Assembly: GCA_963422735.1 (NCBI GenBank)
Contig: OY730476.1
Location: 640,001-704,000, forward strand
DNA: 64,000 bases
Direction: 5' to 3'
Origin: Candidatus Latescibacterota bacterium
GTDB lineage: Bacteria; Latescibacterota; UBA2968; UBA8231
Position 1 is the stretch's first letter, and the number at the start of each line of letters is the position of its first letter. This document shows, piece after piece, positions 47,865 through 56,612 of the stretch. A program made the translations under genes and the position numbers. Below the pieces are notes generated by a model. The model saw only the letters and a list, made by a program, of their open reading frames with translations. It ran no database searches and was not told the DNA's origin.

Positions 47865-47889
47865 TAGGGGCAACCCTTGTGGTTGCCCC
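47864..47889 (+). repeat. REP-like palindrome (GTAG class)
   Basis: GTAG-GGGCAACC-CTTGT-GGTTGCCCC: GTAG tetranucleotide followed by a hairpin, located at a gene end. Confidence 0.6.
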
Positions 47890-47927
47890 GGTCTATACGA
47901 GGAATCCCAAATTCCAAAGGAGAAAAA

Positions 47928-48704
47928 ATGCCACCGCTAGCGCGTTTTGGTCTAGAGGGCAAAATCGTCATTGTCACTGGGGCTGGCCGGGGGATTGGCC
48001 GGACGATTGCTTTAGAATGCGCCCTGTCGGGAGCGCGCGTCGCCGTTGGCAGCCGCACCACGGCCGAGTTGGAAACGCTGGCTGCGGAGATTGAGACTGC
48101 GGGCGGGATGTGCTTCTACCACCGGCTCGACGTGACGGACGTACGCTCTATCGAGCATTTTATGGCTGCGGTCGTAGCGCACTTTGGGCGGATTGACGTG
48201 CTAGTCAACAACGCCGGCTACAACAAAGTCGGCAAAATCCTCGACTACGACGAAGAGCTCTACGACTTGATCGTCGATGCCAACCTGAAGAATGTGTTTT
48301 TCTGTAGCCAGATCGCCGCGCGGCAAATGATCGCTCAGGGGGAGGGGGGCAATATCGTCAATATCTCGTCCCAAGCAGGCGTGGTCGGCGCGCCGGAGCG
48401 CGGCCCGTACTCGGGTGCCAAGGGGGGCGTCAACAACCTGACGCGGACTATGGCCGCGGAATGGGCCGAGTATCAGATACGGGTCAACGCGGTCGCTCCA
48501 ACCGTGACGCGGTCTCCGCTGGCCGAAACCGCGATGCGGGAAAGTCAGGCCTTTGCCGATGCGGTGAAGACCAAAAACCTGCTGCGCGGTGCCTTGGCTG
48601 AGCCGGAGGAAATGTCGGCACCGGTGATCTTTTTGGCGTCGGATGCCGCAGCCATGATAACCGGCCACACGCTGGTGGTAGATGGGGGATGGACTATCGT
48701 CTAG
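47928..48704 (+). CDS. short-chain dehydrogenase/reductase
   Basis: TGAGRGIG, NNAG, NISS, YSGAK, VDGG; AAGGAG RBS. Confidence 0.93.
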   Translation: MPPLARFGLEGKIVIVTGAGRGIGRTIALECALSGARVAVGSRTTAELETLAAEIETAGGMCFYHRLDVTDVRSIEHFMAAVVAHFGRIDVLVNNAGYNKVGKILDYDEELYDLIVDANLKNVFFCSQIAARQMIAQGEGGNIVNISSQAGVVGAPERGPYSGAKGGVNNLTRTMAAEWAEYQIRVNAVAPTVTRSPLAETAMRESQAFADAVKTKNLLRGALAEPEEMSAPVIFLASDAAAMITGHTLVVDGGWTIV

Positions 48705-48825
48705 CTATCGCGTTGGGTGGCAGTAAGTTAATAGCTAGGCCTTATCGCAATTCCTCAAAAACCGCAGATCGCCTTTAATCCACCAAACACCCAAATTAGC
48801 GGTCGCTATGGAGTGCCTGCTGCTT

Positions 48826-49950
48826 CTACATGGGGAGCAGGCGGTCGCGGTATTGCGCTAGGCGGCCGGCGAGCATCGAGTCGAGCGCAACGGCCGAATG
48901 TGCCAACCCTGTGCCAATGCCGCGCTGGGCCACATAGACGAGGAGGCGCACCAGCCCGTTGGCGTCGTCGAGGTGGATGTACTCTGGGGCCAATTGAGTG
49001 CCCGGCCCCGAGTTGTGATAGTTGCCAAGGGGCAGCGCGACTGCGCCTGTGCGATAATCGGCCTGCATCAGCGGGGTGGCTTCGCAAGCACCGCTGTCCA
49101 TCAGCTTGCGTTGGTAGCGGAAAGAGGGCTGTTGGGAGGTCAATTCGTCGGCTAGTGCGGCCAGCCCACCGCTGATGTCCGGGTCGAAAACCCAGAGCCG
49201 GTCGCCCACCCGCAAGATCGGTCCCGCGCCCAGCACCGCCCCCGCCGCTACGCTGGAGCACTCGATATTGATGTAGAGCGCGTGCCGAGGCAAGAGGTTG
49301 GCCTCTAGCGCGGCGAGCATACCGACGAACCCAACCTCTTCGGCGCGCGTGAGCAAGACGCCGACGCGGACGGAGGCTTGGTGGCGGACTAAGGAATCCA
49401 AGACGCACAAAGCTACGGCCGCCCCGGCCAAATCGTCGATCGCCCGCCCACTCAAGCGTCGCCCCCGCACCCTAAAGGCCGGCAAATCCCACATTGCAAA
49501 GGTCCCCGGGCCTTGGAGGCTGTCGGGTGCTGCGGCTACTTCGACTAGGGGATAGTGCGCCCCTTCTTCTTCAACCGTTCGGACGATGGTCCCGGGGATA
49601 CCGCGCTGGGTAGCCGGGCGATTCAGGTCGAATATTCGCACGCCTGTCGCTAAGGCCTGCTCCAACTCGACGCCGCCGAGTATCTCGAACATCGCGCGGC
49701 CTGGCCCTAGTGATGTTCGCCACACTAAGCCAGGGTGGTCGAGGTGGGCAGTCAAGACGAGAAATTCGTCCTCCTGTTGACTCCCGCCGTCGTAGAGCAG
49801 CAAGCAGTTGCCGCAGCGGTCGTAGAGCATTTGGATTAGAGGCCGCTCGGCTGCGAATGAGCGCGCGATGCCAAAGGCAAAATGCTCGTGGAAAGGGGCT
49901 GTGGGCGCGCGGATGAGCGGCTTGGCGAGCTGGAGGAAGTCGAATTCCAT
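48826..49950 (-). CDS. M20/M28/M42-clan dinuclear metallopeptidase
   Basis: AHLDHPG, GRAIDDLAG, TRAEEVG, NIECS, GNYHN: a full H/D/EE/E/H ligand set; no signal peptide. Confidence 0.85.
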   Translation of the reverse strand: MEFDFLQLAKPLIRAPTAPFHEHFAFGIARSFAAERPLIQMLYDRCGNCLLLYDGGSQQEDEFLVLTAHLDHPGLVWRTSLGPGRAMFEILGGVELEQALATGVRIFDLNRPATQRGIPGTIVRTVEEEGAHYPLVEVAAAPDSLQGPGTFAMWDLPAFRVRGRRLSGRAIDDLAGAAVALCVLDSLVRHQASVRVGVLLTRAEEVGFVGMLAALEANLLPRHALYINIECSSVAAGAVLGAGPILRVGDRLWVFDPDISGGLAALADELTSQQPSFRYQRKLMDSGACEATPLMQADYRTGAVALPLGNYHNSGPGTQLAPEYIHLDDANGLVRLLVYVAQRGIGTGLAHSAVALDSMLAGRLAQYRDRLLPM

Positions 49951-50055
49951 ATCTCAGGAAAAACCCCCAAAACCCCAATGCCGTCAACTCGCATTGTCCC
50001 AATTGGTTAGGCAACTTATTATAACAAACTAGCGCGATACCGCAGGGGGCGCCAC

Positions 50056-52212
50056 TTGCTAAGACGCTTGCCGACTCACTACCTGAACCACCTCGCTGGG
50101 CGAGATCGAGCCCTTCTTTCGCCGCCTGGTACCCAGCAGCTAACCATGCGTGCGTTTTGGGTGGGGTCGTTCCTCAGCTTTTTCCTAGCCGTCGGTGCTC
50201 CGTACGGCAACATGATCATACGCGGTTCCTACATGGCCTTGGACTTCAGTACGCCGGGGGCCATTTTTTTGTTCCTAGTGCTCATCGGGTTGCTCAATGT
50301 CCTGTTCAAGGTCGCCGCTAGCCCACCGGGCGCAGTGGTTTGGGCCCTAGTTTCGTGTGCGCTCTACAGCTTCTACTATGGTTGGGCGACTCCCCTCGAC
50401 CCTTTTGCTCCGGGTTTTTTCTTTGCCACCTTCATCCTCGCCTCATCCCTGCTCAATATGGTATTGGTTTTTTCCGGGCGGAGTTTGGTCCTCAACCGGG
50501 CCGAGCTGATTCTCGTGTACGTCATGCTATTGATCGTCTCGGCTCTGTGCACCATGGGGCTGAGCGAACAAATTCTGCCGATGATCACGGCGGTGTTTTA
50601 CTTTGCCTCGCCGGAAAACAAGTGGCGGGAAGTGCTCTTTCCCCATTTTTCCGAGCGTGAGGTACTCGTCGTCGATGGTAGGGACAGCAAGTCCTTTTAC
50701 GAAGGGTTGGCACCCGGGGAGGCGATTCCCTACGCGGCGTGGGTCGAGCCTTTGTGCTGGTGGGCAATCTTTCTCTTGGCATTATACGTGACCATGGTGT
50801 CGGTCGCGGTTATCGTCCGTCGGCAGTGGATGGAGCGCGAGCGATTGCCCTATCCGATCACGCAGGTGGGGATAGCCATGGTGCGTGGTGAAGAACAGGG
50901 ACTTAAGATCAATACCTTTTTTCGTCAGCCGGTCATGTGGGCCGGTTTTATGTTGCCTATTTTTTTTGGCAGCTTGAAGGCACTGCACCGCTACGACGCG
51001 GCTTTTCCGGTCTTCTCCCTGTCTTCGTGGATTCCCTTGGTGGGCAAGCAGACCTTGCAACTGACCATCAGCTTTGCCATGGTTGGGTTTTCGTACTTCA
51101 TCAATGCCAATATCGCTGCTGGTATCTGGTTGTTCCACCTCTTGGCCAAGTTTGAAAAGGAGCTCTTCGCGCTTGCTGGCGTGACATCCGAGCAGAAGGT
51201 CGTCTTCGGCGTAGCCGACGTTTCTTTGATGGCCTACCAAGGAGTCGGAGCTTTACTGGCCATGGTCGGGGTTGGTTTGTGGGTGGGGAGGGAACATTTT
51301 CGCAATGTGTGTAAAAAAGCCCTCGGATGGGCACCAGAGGTGGAGGATGGAGATGAGATTATGCCCTATCGCTGGTCTTTTTTTGGCGTTGTGGGTGGGG
51401 TCTTGGTCATGTCGTGGTGGCTGTGGATCATGGGGACGCCGCTGTGGGTGGCGTTTGTTTTTGTCCTCTTGGCCCTATTCGTCTTTCTGGGGTTGACGCG
51501 CATTGTCGCCGAAGCCGGCTTAGCGGCCGTGCGCGCCCCGATGACGGCGCCCGACTTGGTGATCCTAGGGCTGGGGACCGATCTAGTAAGCCGGACTGGG
51601 GTGTGGAACTTGTCGTTGGCCTATATGTGGGCTGCGGATGTGCGGGTGTTCGTCATGGCGACCTGCGCCAACGCCCTCAAGCTGATCGAAGAAATGGAGC
51701 CACGGCTGCGACGGCTGGTGTTTTGGGCTATTATTCTCGCGCTCTTCATCGGGGTCCTCGGTTCGTTTTGGATGATTTTCCACATGGCCTATCAGCACGG
51801 AGGGGTAAACCTCAACAGTTGGTTTTTCAAAGGTGCGCCCGAAACCGCGTACAATAGCGCGTTGCGCAACATGGAGCCGGCGGGCGTACATTGGCCGGGG
51901 CTGGGCTTTTTGTCTGGAGGTGCGCTGGCGATGGGGGCGATGATGTGGGCGCGGCAGCGCCTGCCTTGGTGGCCCGTGCATCCCATCGGATTCCCCATTG
52001 GGGCCAACGGGATGCTCAACAACGTGTGGTTTAGCGTATTCTTGGCTTGGTTTATCAAGAAGGCGATCATGCGCTTCGGCGGAGTGGCTTTGTACCGTCG
52101 CAGTCAGGCGTTCTTTCTAGGGCTGATATGCGGGCAGGTTTCGTGTAACGGACTGTGGTTGGTCATAGACTACTTCACCGGTAAAGTGGGGAACGGCCTC
52201 TTTTGGGTATGA
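50056..52212 (+). CDS. large polytopic membrane protein, OPT-like (DUF6785-type)
   Basis: Many TMs, RRQWMERERLPYPI, RIVAEAG, WWPVHPIG, FFLGLI; start could be as late as ATG 50146. Confidence 0.75.
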   Translation: MLRRLPTHYLNHLAGRDRALLSPPGTQQLTMRAFWVGSFLSFFLAVGAPYGNMIIRGSYMALDFSTPGAIFLFLVLIGLLNVLFKVAASPPGAVVWALVSCALYSFYYGWATPLDPFAPGFFFATFILASSLLNMVLVFSGRSLVLNRAELILVYVMLLIVSALCTMGLSEQILPMITAVFYFASPENKWREVLFPHFSEREVLVVDGRDSKSFYEGLAPGEAIPYAAWVEPLCWWAIFLLALYVTMVSVAVIVRRQWMERERLPYPITQVGIAMVRGEEQGLKINTFFRQPVMWAGFMLPIFFGSLKALHRYDAAFPVFSLSSWIPLVGKQTLQLTISFAMVGFSYFINANIAAGIWLFHLLAKFEKELFALAGVTSEQKVVFGVADVSLMAYQGVGALLAMVGVGLWVGREHFRNVCKKALGWAPEVEDGDEIMPYRWSFFGVVGGVLVMSWWLWIMGTPLWVAFVFVLLALFVFLGLTRIVAEAGLAAVRAPMTAPDLVILGLGTDLVSRTGVWNLSLAYMWAADVRVFVMATCANALKLIEEMEPRLRRLVFWAIILALFIGVLGSFWMIFHMAYQHGGVNLNSWFFKGAPETAYNSALRNMEPAGVHWPGLGFLSGGALAMGAMMWARQRLPWWPVHPIGFPIGANGMLNNVWFSVFLAWFIKKAIMRFGGVALYRRSQAFFLGLICGQVSCNGLWLVIDYFTGKVGNGLFWV

Positions 52213-55200
52213 AGCACTCGGCTTACTACATCCTCTGCGCCCTCTTGCTGACCGCAGACTGCGGTTGGGCGCGCGAGGACGGAGTGCGAGAAACCGTCGC
52301 TTATCTGTCGTCGCTCGGTTCTCGAGTAAGCGGCTATCCCGGGGCGGCTGCGGCCGCAGATTACGTCGAGCGACGCCTGCGCGAGATCGGGCTTGCAGAG
52401 GTCGTGCGCGAATCCTTTGCGGTCACTGTGCCCATCGATCAAGGGGGCGAGTTACTCCTCATAGAGAGCGGGGAGCGCTATAGCCTATATGGCCTATGGC
52501 CCAACTTAGTCCGCACCCCGACCCTGCCCGAGTACGAGGGCGAGATGATCTACGGTGGGGACGGCGGGTGGGAGGATTATGCGGGCCGCGAACTCGATGG
52601 TCGGGTAGTGCTGATGGAGTTCAATAGCTGGAGCCGCTGGCTGCAGGCCGCCTCGCTGGGTGTGCGCGCTATCGTTTTCATCGAGCCGGAGGAGACTACG
52701 CGTAGTCAAGCCGCGGCCAAGTACTCCACCGCACCGCTGGACATCCCGCGCTTTTGGATCGAAAGAGCGGCCGGGCTGCGGCTAAAAGAGCGGTTGCTCC
52801 AGCATCCAACTTCCGTAGTGCTTAAAGGGCGGATGGACTGGCAACGCGAGACGGCTTGGAATATCTGGGGCCGACTCCCCGGCACCGACCCGGCGCTGGC
52901 CGACGAGACCATTGTCATTGAAAGCTACTACGACGGCATGTCGGTGGTGCCAGCCTTAGCTCCGGCGGCCGAAGCGACCAGCGGCATCGCTGCGTTGCTG
53001 GCGCTGGCCGAGCATCTGGTGCGCCACCCCCCGCGGCGGCCGGTCGCGTTGGTGGCCACGGGCGCGCATTTCCAAGCTCAGCAGGGGATTGTCCACTTCC
53101 TCGAGCGTCATGCTCGCCTCCATCCCTACTATGCCGAGCGGATGGAAGAGCCGCTCAAACCCAAGCTCTTCATCTGCCTCGACCTGACGAGTCAGTCCGA
53201 TGAGTTGGGGATCTGGAACAATACCTTTAGCTATGACCTCAAGCGATTCTTCGTGCCCTTTGGGCGGCGTTTTACGGCCTATGCCGAGGAGGAGGCTGTT
53301 CGGTTGGGCTTAGAGCAGGAGCGGCCGCTGGCCAATGGCATCAGCCCGATTCGCGGCATGGACTGGTCAACCTTCGTGCCAGGCGGGGTCTCGGTCAGTG
53401 GGATGCAGGCTATGACCGCTGGGATTGTCTCGCTGTCTTTTGTGACCGTCAACGATGCTCGCTATATCGTCGATACCCCGCTCGATACGCCGGAGCGGAT
53501 GAATATCGAAAATCTGTCTCGCCAAAGCCGCCTACTCAACGCCATGCTGACGAGGGCGGTAAATGACGAGGCCCTGTTTGCCGATCTCGAAGACTTTGGT
53601 CCGGTACTCAAGGACAAATTGCGCTCCCTGCGCGTTAAGGTCCGCTCGTTTCCGCGCCTCAGCCAAGTGCCGGACCGCCCGATCGGCGATGCCATTGTAG
53701 TAGTTGATCCTTGGTACAAATCCCACAAGGGCGTTCGCTTGGCGCAGCACCACCTCACGGACGGCCAAGGCGTCGCCGATATCGACGGCTTGTGGACGGG
53801 GGCCTATCCGGTGGCGGCTTATCAAGTCAATTCGGCGACTGGAGCGATCGCGTTTGCGCCCGATCTTTCCGAGCGATCGCAGAAGTTCAGCGGCGGGATC
53901 GTGAACGGGTGGATGATCGACAGCAAAATTCGCTGGAATACCAACGAAAAGATCATCGTCGTTTTTCCCTGTATCTCGCGGCCCTTCTACAGCATGATTG
54001 ACCCGCGCTATCTCCGGTCGTTTGGAGAAATCAAGATCGTCAACCGCAGTGGAGTGGCTCCTCGGCAGTTCGGGCTGGCGCGGGGGTTTGGCGAGGGCGA
54101 GGCCGTCGGCGTGGTCTTTGGACCCCAGGACGCCGACGAGGACGACAGCATCAAGATGCTCATCGACAACCGCCTGCTTTTGCTCAACAGCGAGGGAGAC
54201 GAAGACGAGGAGCAGGCGCGGGGGCGGGGCTACGTGCTCAGAGAGGACTCGCTGATCCGCACCGGGATGCTGGCCGTCGAGGACATGTGGCAGCTCAACG
54301 AGGCGCGGCTGCACACCTTGCGCGAGCACGCCATTGAAAACCAGCGCCTAGCCCGGTTGCACCAGCGCGGCAAGGGGCTGATCGAAAAGGCTCGACAAGC
54401 AGAAGAGGCGAGGGATTGGGAGCGCTATGTCGAGCACGTACGGGCCGCGCTAGGGGTGACGTCTCGCGCGTACCCGGAAGTGCTACAGACGCTCAACGAC
54501 GTCATCAGCGGTATGGTGTTTTTTCTCGCCTTAGTCATCCCGACGGCCTTTTTAGGCGAGCGATTGCTGTTTGCGGCAGCCGATATTCGCTGGCAGCTAG
54601 CGGGATTTGGGGGGTTGTTGCTTTTGATCTGGATCGCCATTTCCCAAGTTCACCCGGCCTTTGCCATCGCCCATCCGCTGGTGATCTTGCTGGCCTTTGC
54701 CATCATGGCTATGGCGGCGTTTGTCCTAGCCATGATTAGCACCCGCTTCAACCGCTATATGAAGGCCTATCAGGCCAGAGAAGCCCACGTCCACGAGACG
54801 GACATCAACCGTGCCGGCGCCAGCTACGCGGCCTTTATGCTGGGCATTTCCAATATGCGTCGGCGCAAGCTGCGCACCGGGCTAACCTTGTTGACCTTGG
54901 TCCTGCTCACCTTTACGGTGCTTTCCTTCACCTCGTTCAATACCCAGATCCGCTATATGGCCTTTGCAATGGACCACGAGGGAACCTACGAAGGGGTGCT
55001 GATCCGCGACCGCAATTGGAATGTGTTGAACCGCCCGACGCTCGACTACGCCCGCTCCCACTTTGCCTCTGAAGGAGTGGTCGTGCCGCGCAACTGGTAT
55101 GTCGCCTTTGACGACGAGCAGAAAAAATACATTGAAGTCATCGGCGATACCTCGGTGGTGCGGGCGACCGGAATGCTAGGGCTGGTGCCGGAGGAAGTGC

Positions 55201-56612
55201 ATGTTACCGGCATCGACCAAGCGCTGGTGGGGGGTAGCTTCTTCACGCGCAAGGACGAGGCGGCCTGTCTGATGGCCGAGGGCATGGCCGAGGCGCTGGG
55301 CATCGGGCCGATGGAGTTGGGTGCGGCGACGGTTCGGGTGTTCGGCCGGGACTTGGTGGTGCGGGGCGTATTCGATCCCGATTTCTTTGAGGCAGTCCGC
55401 GACCTCGACGACGAGTCGCTGACGCCAGCGGATTTCCAGATGTCGAGCACCCAAGCTCTGGGGCCGGTGGCCAACGACAACATGAGCATCGCCCTAGATG
55501 AGTCCGCGCTCGACATTCGTCCCTTCATCCACCTAGAGTCCGACAACGTGCTAATCTTGCCCTATGGGACGCTGCGGGAGGCCGGGGGGATGCTGCGCTC
55601 GGTGGCGGTGCGGATGGAGGATGGGGCGCGTGGACAGGAGTTGATTGAAGATTTTCTCCTGCGTCTGGCCATTACCCTCTTTGCCGGCCTGAAGGATCCG
55701 GGCGAAGCCGCCATTAAGGTGTTTTCCTATACCTCGATTGGGTTGACCAATGTCGAGGGTTTGGGGGCCTTGGTGATACCGATGTTTATCGCGGCGCTGA
55801 TTGTGCTCAACGCAATGATGGGGGCCGTTTATGAGCGCTTTCGCGAAATCGGCATTTATTCTTCGGTGGGATTGGCACCGCTGCACATAGCCCTGCTCTT
55901 TGTGGCCGAGGCCTGTGTCTATGCGATCATGGGCGTTACTTTGGGCTATATTCTCGGCCAGAGTTTGGGCAAGGTACTCATCGCGCTGAATCTGCTACAG
56001 GGGATGAGCCTCAATTACTCGTCAATGGCGGCGATTGTCTCGTCGCTTATTGTGATGGCCGTGGTCTTGCTTTCGACTATCTATCCTGCTAGGGTCGCCG
56101 CCCGCACGGCCGTGCCCGATACCGTCCGCCGCTGGACGCCGCCGGTCCCTAACGGGGATCGCTGGGAAATGGAGTTCCCCTTTATGGTCGGCGAGGGGGA
56201 AGTGCGGGGGCTGTGCGGATTCTTGGCCAGTTACTTTAGTGCCTATAGCGAGGAGTCCATCGGCGACTTCTACGCCGAGAAGGTCCAGTTAGTTGAGGAA
56301 GATGGGGAACATGGACCGGAATACGCGGTACAGCTCCTGCTCTGGCTGGCACCATTCGACATGGGAGTGAGCCAGTTCATGCAGCTCGAATTTTTGCCTA
56401 CCTCGGTCAGATCCGTCTATACGGTGGAGATCTACATCCAGCGAATCAGTGGTCAGGACACCTTCTGGCAGCGGGTCAACCACCGCTTTATCAATGGGTT
56501 GCGGAAAGAGTTCCTGCTCTGGCACACCCTTGCCGTAGAGGCCAAAGCCCACCACCGAGGGGTTGCAGAGAAGATGTTGGCCTCAGCCGCAGAAACTGAG
56601 CACAGCGCATGA
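52209..56612 (+). CDS. M28/PA-like ectodomain fused to FtsX-type permease modules
   Basis: Signal peptide, SRVSGYPG, PA-like insert, TIVIESYYD, ISNMRRRKLRTGLT, VYERFREIGIYSSVG, STIYPARVA; ATGA overlaps at both ends. Confidence 0.82.
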   Translation: MKHSAYYILCALLLTADCGWAREDGVRETVAYLSSLGSRVSGYPGAAAAADYVERRLREIGLAEVVRESFAVTVPIDQGGELLLIESGERYSLYGLWPNLVRTPTLPEYEGEMIYGGDGGWEDYAGRELDGRVVLMEFNSWSRWLQAASLGVRAIVFIEPEETTRSQAAAKYSTAPLDIPRFWIERAAGLRLKERLLQHPTSVVLKGRMDWQRETAWNIWGRLPGTDPALADETIVIESYYDGMSVVPALAPAAEATSGIAALLALAEHLVRHPPRRPVALVATGAHFQAQQGIVHFLERHARLHPYYAERMEEPLKPKLFICLDLTSQSDELGIWNNTFSYDLKRFFVPFGRRFTAYAEEEAVRLGLEQERPLANGISPIRGMDWSTFVPGGVSVSGMQAMTAGIVSLSFVTVNDARYIVDTPLDTPERMNIENLSRQSRLLNAMLTRAVNDEALFADLEDFGPVLKDKLRSLRVKVRSFPRLSQVPDRPIGDAIVVVDPWYKSHKGVRLAQHHLTDGQGVADIDGLWTGAYPVAAYQVNSATGAIAFAPDLSERSQKFSGGIVNGWMIDSKIRWNTNEKIIVVFPCISRPFYSMIDPRYLRSFGEIKIVNRSGVAPRQFGLARGFGEGEAVGVVFGPQDADEDDSIKMLIDNRLLLLNSEGDEDEEQARGRGYVLREDSLIRTGMLAVEDMWQLNEARLHTLREHAIENQRLARLHQRGKGLIEKARQAEEARDWERYVEHVRAALGVTSRAYPEVLQTLNDVISGMVFFLALVIPTAFLGERLLFAAADIRWQLAGFGGLLLLIWIAISQVHPAFAIAHPLVILLAFAIMAMAAFVLAMISTRFNRYMKAYQAREAHVHETDINRAGASYAAFMLGISNMRRRKLRTGLTLLTLVLLTFTVLSFTSFNTQIRYMAFAMDHEGTYEGVLIRDRNWNVLNRPTLDYARSHFASEGVVVPRNWYVAFDDEQKKYIEVIGDTSVVRATGMLGLVPEEVHVTGIDQALVGGSFFTRKDEAACLMAEGMAEALGIGPMELGAATVRVFGRDLVVRGVFDPDFFEAVRDLDDESLTPADFQMSSTQALGPVANDNMSIALDESALDIRPFIHLESDNVLILPYGTLREAGGMLRSVAVRMEDGARGQELIEDFLLRLAITLFAGLKDPGEAAIKVFSYTSIGLTNVEGLGALVIPMFIAALIVLNAMMGAVYERFREIGIYSSVGLAPLHIALLFVAEACVYAIMGVTLGYILGQSLGKVLIALNLLQGMSLNYSSMAAIVSSLIVMAVVLLSTIYPARVAARTAVPDTVRRWTPPVPNGDRWEMEFPFMVGEGEVRGLCGFLASYFSAYSEESIGDFYAEKVQLVEEDGEHGPEYAVQLLLWLAPFDMGVSQFMQLEFLPTSVRSVYTVEIYIQRISGQDTFWQRVNHRFINGLRKEFLLWHTLAVEAKAHHRGVAEKMLASAAETEHSA

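Noticed and set aside
48701-48738. CTAGCTAT...ATAGCTAG inverted repeat between convergent genes
   Set aside because: Only 8 bp with a 22-nt loop and no U-tract; too weak to call a terminator or MITE.
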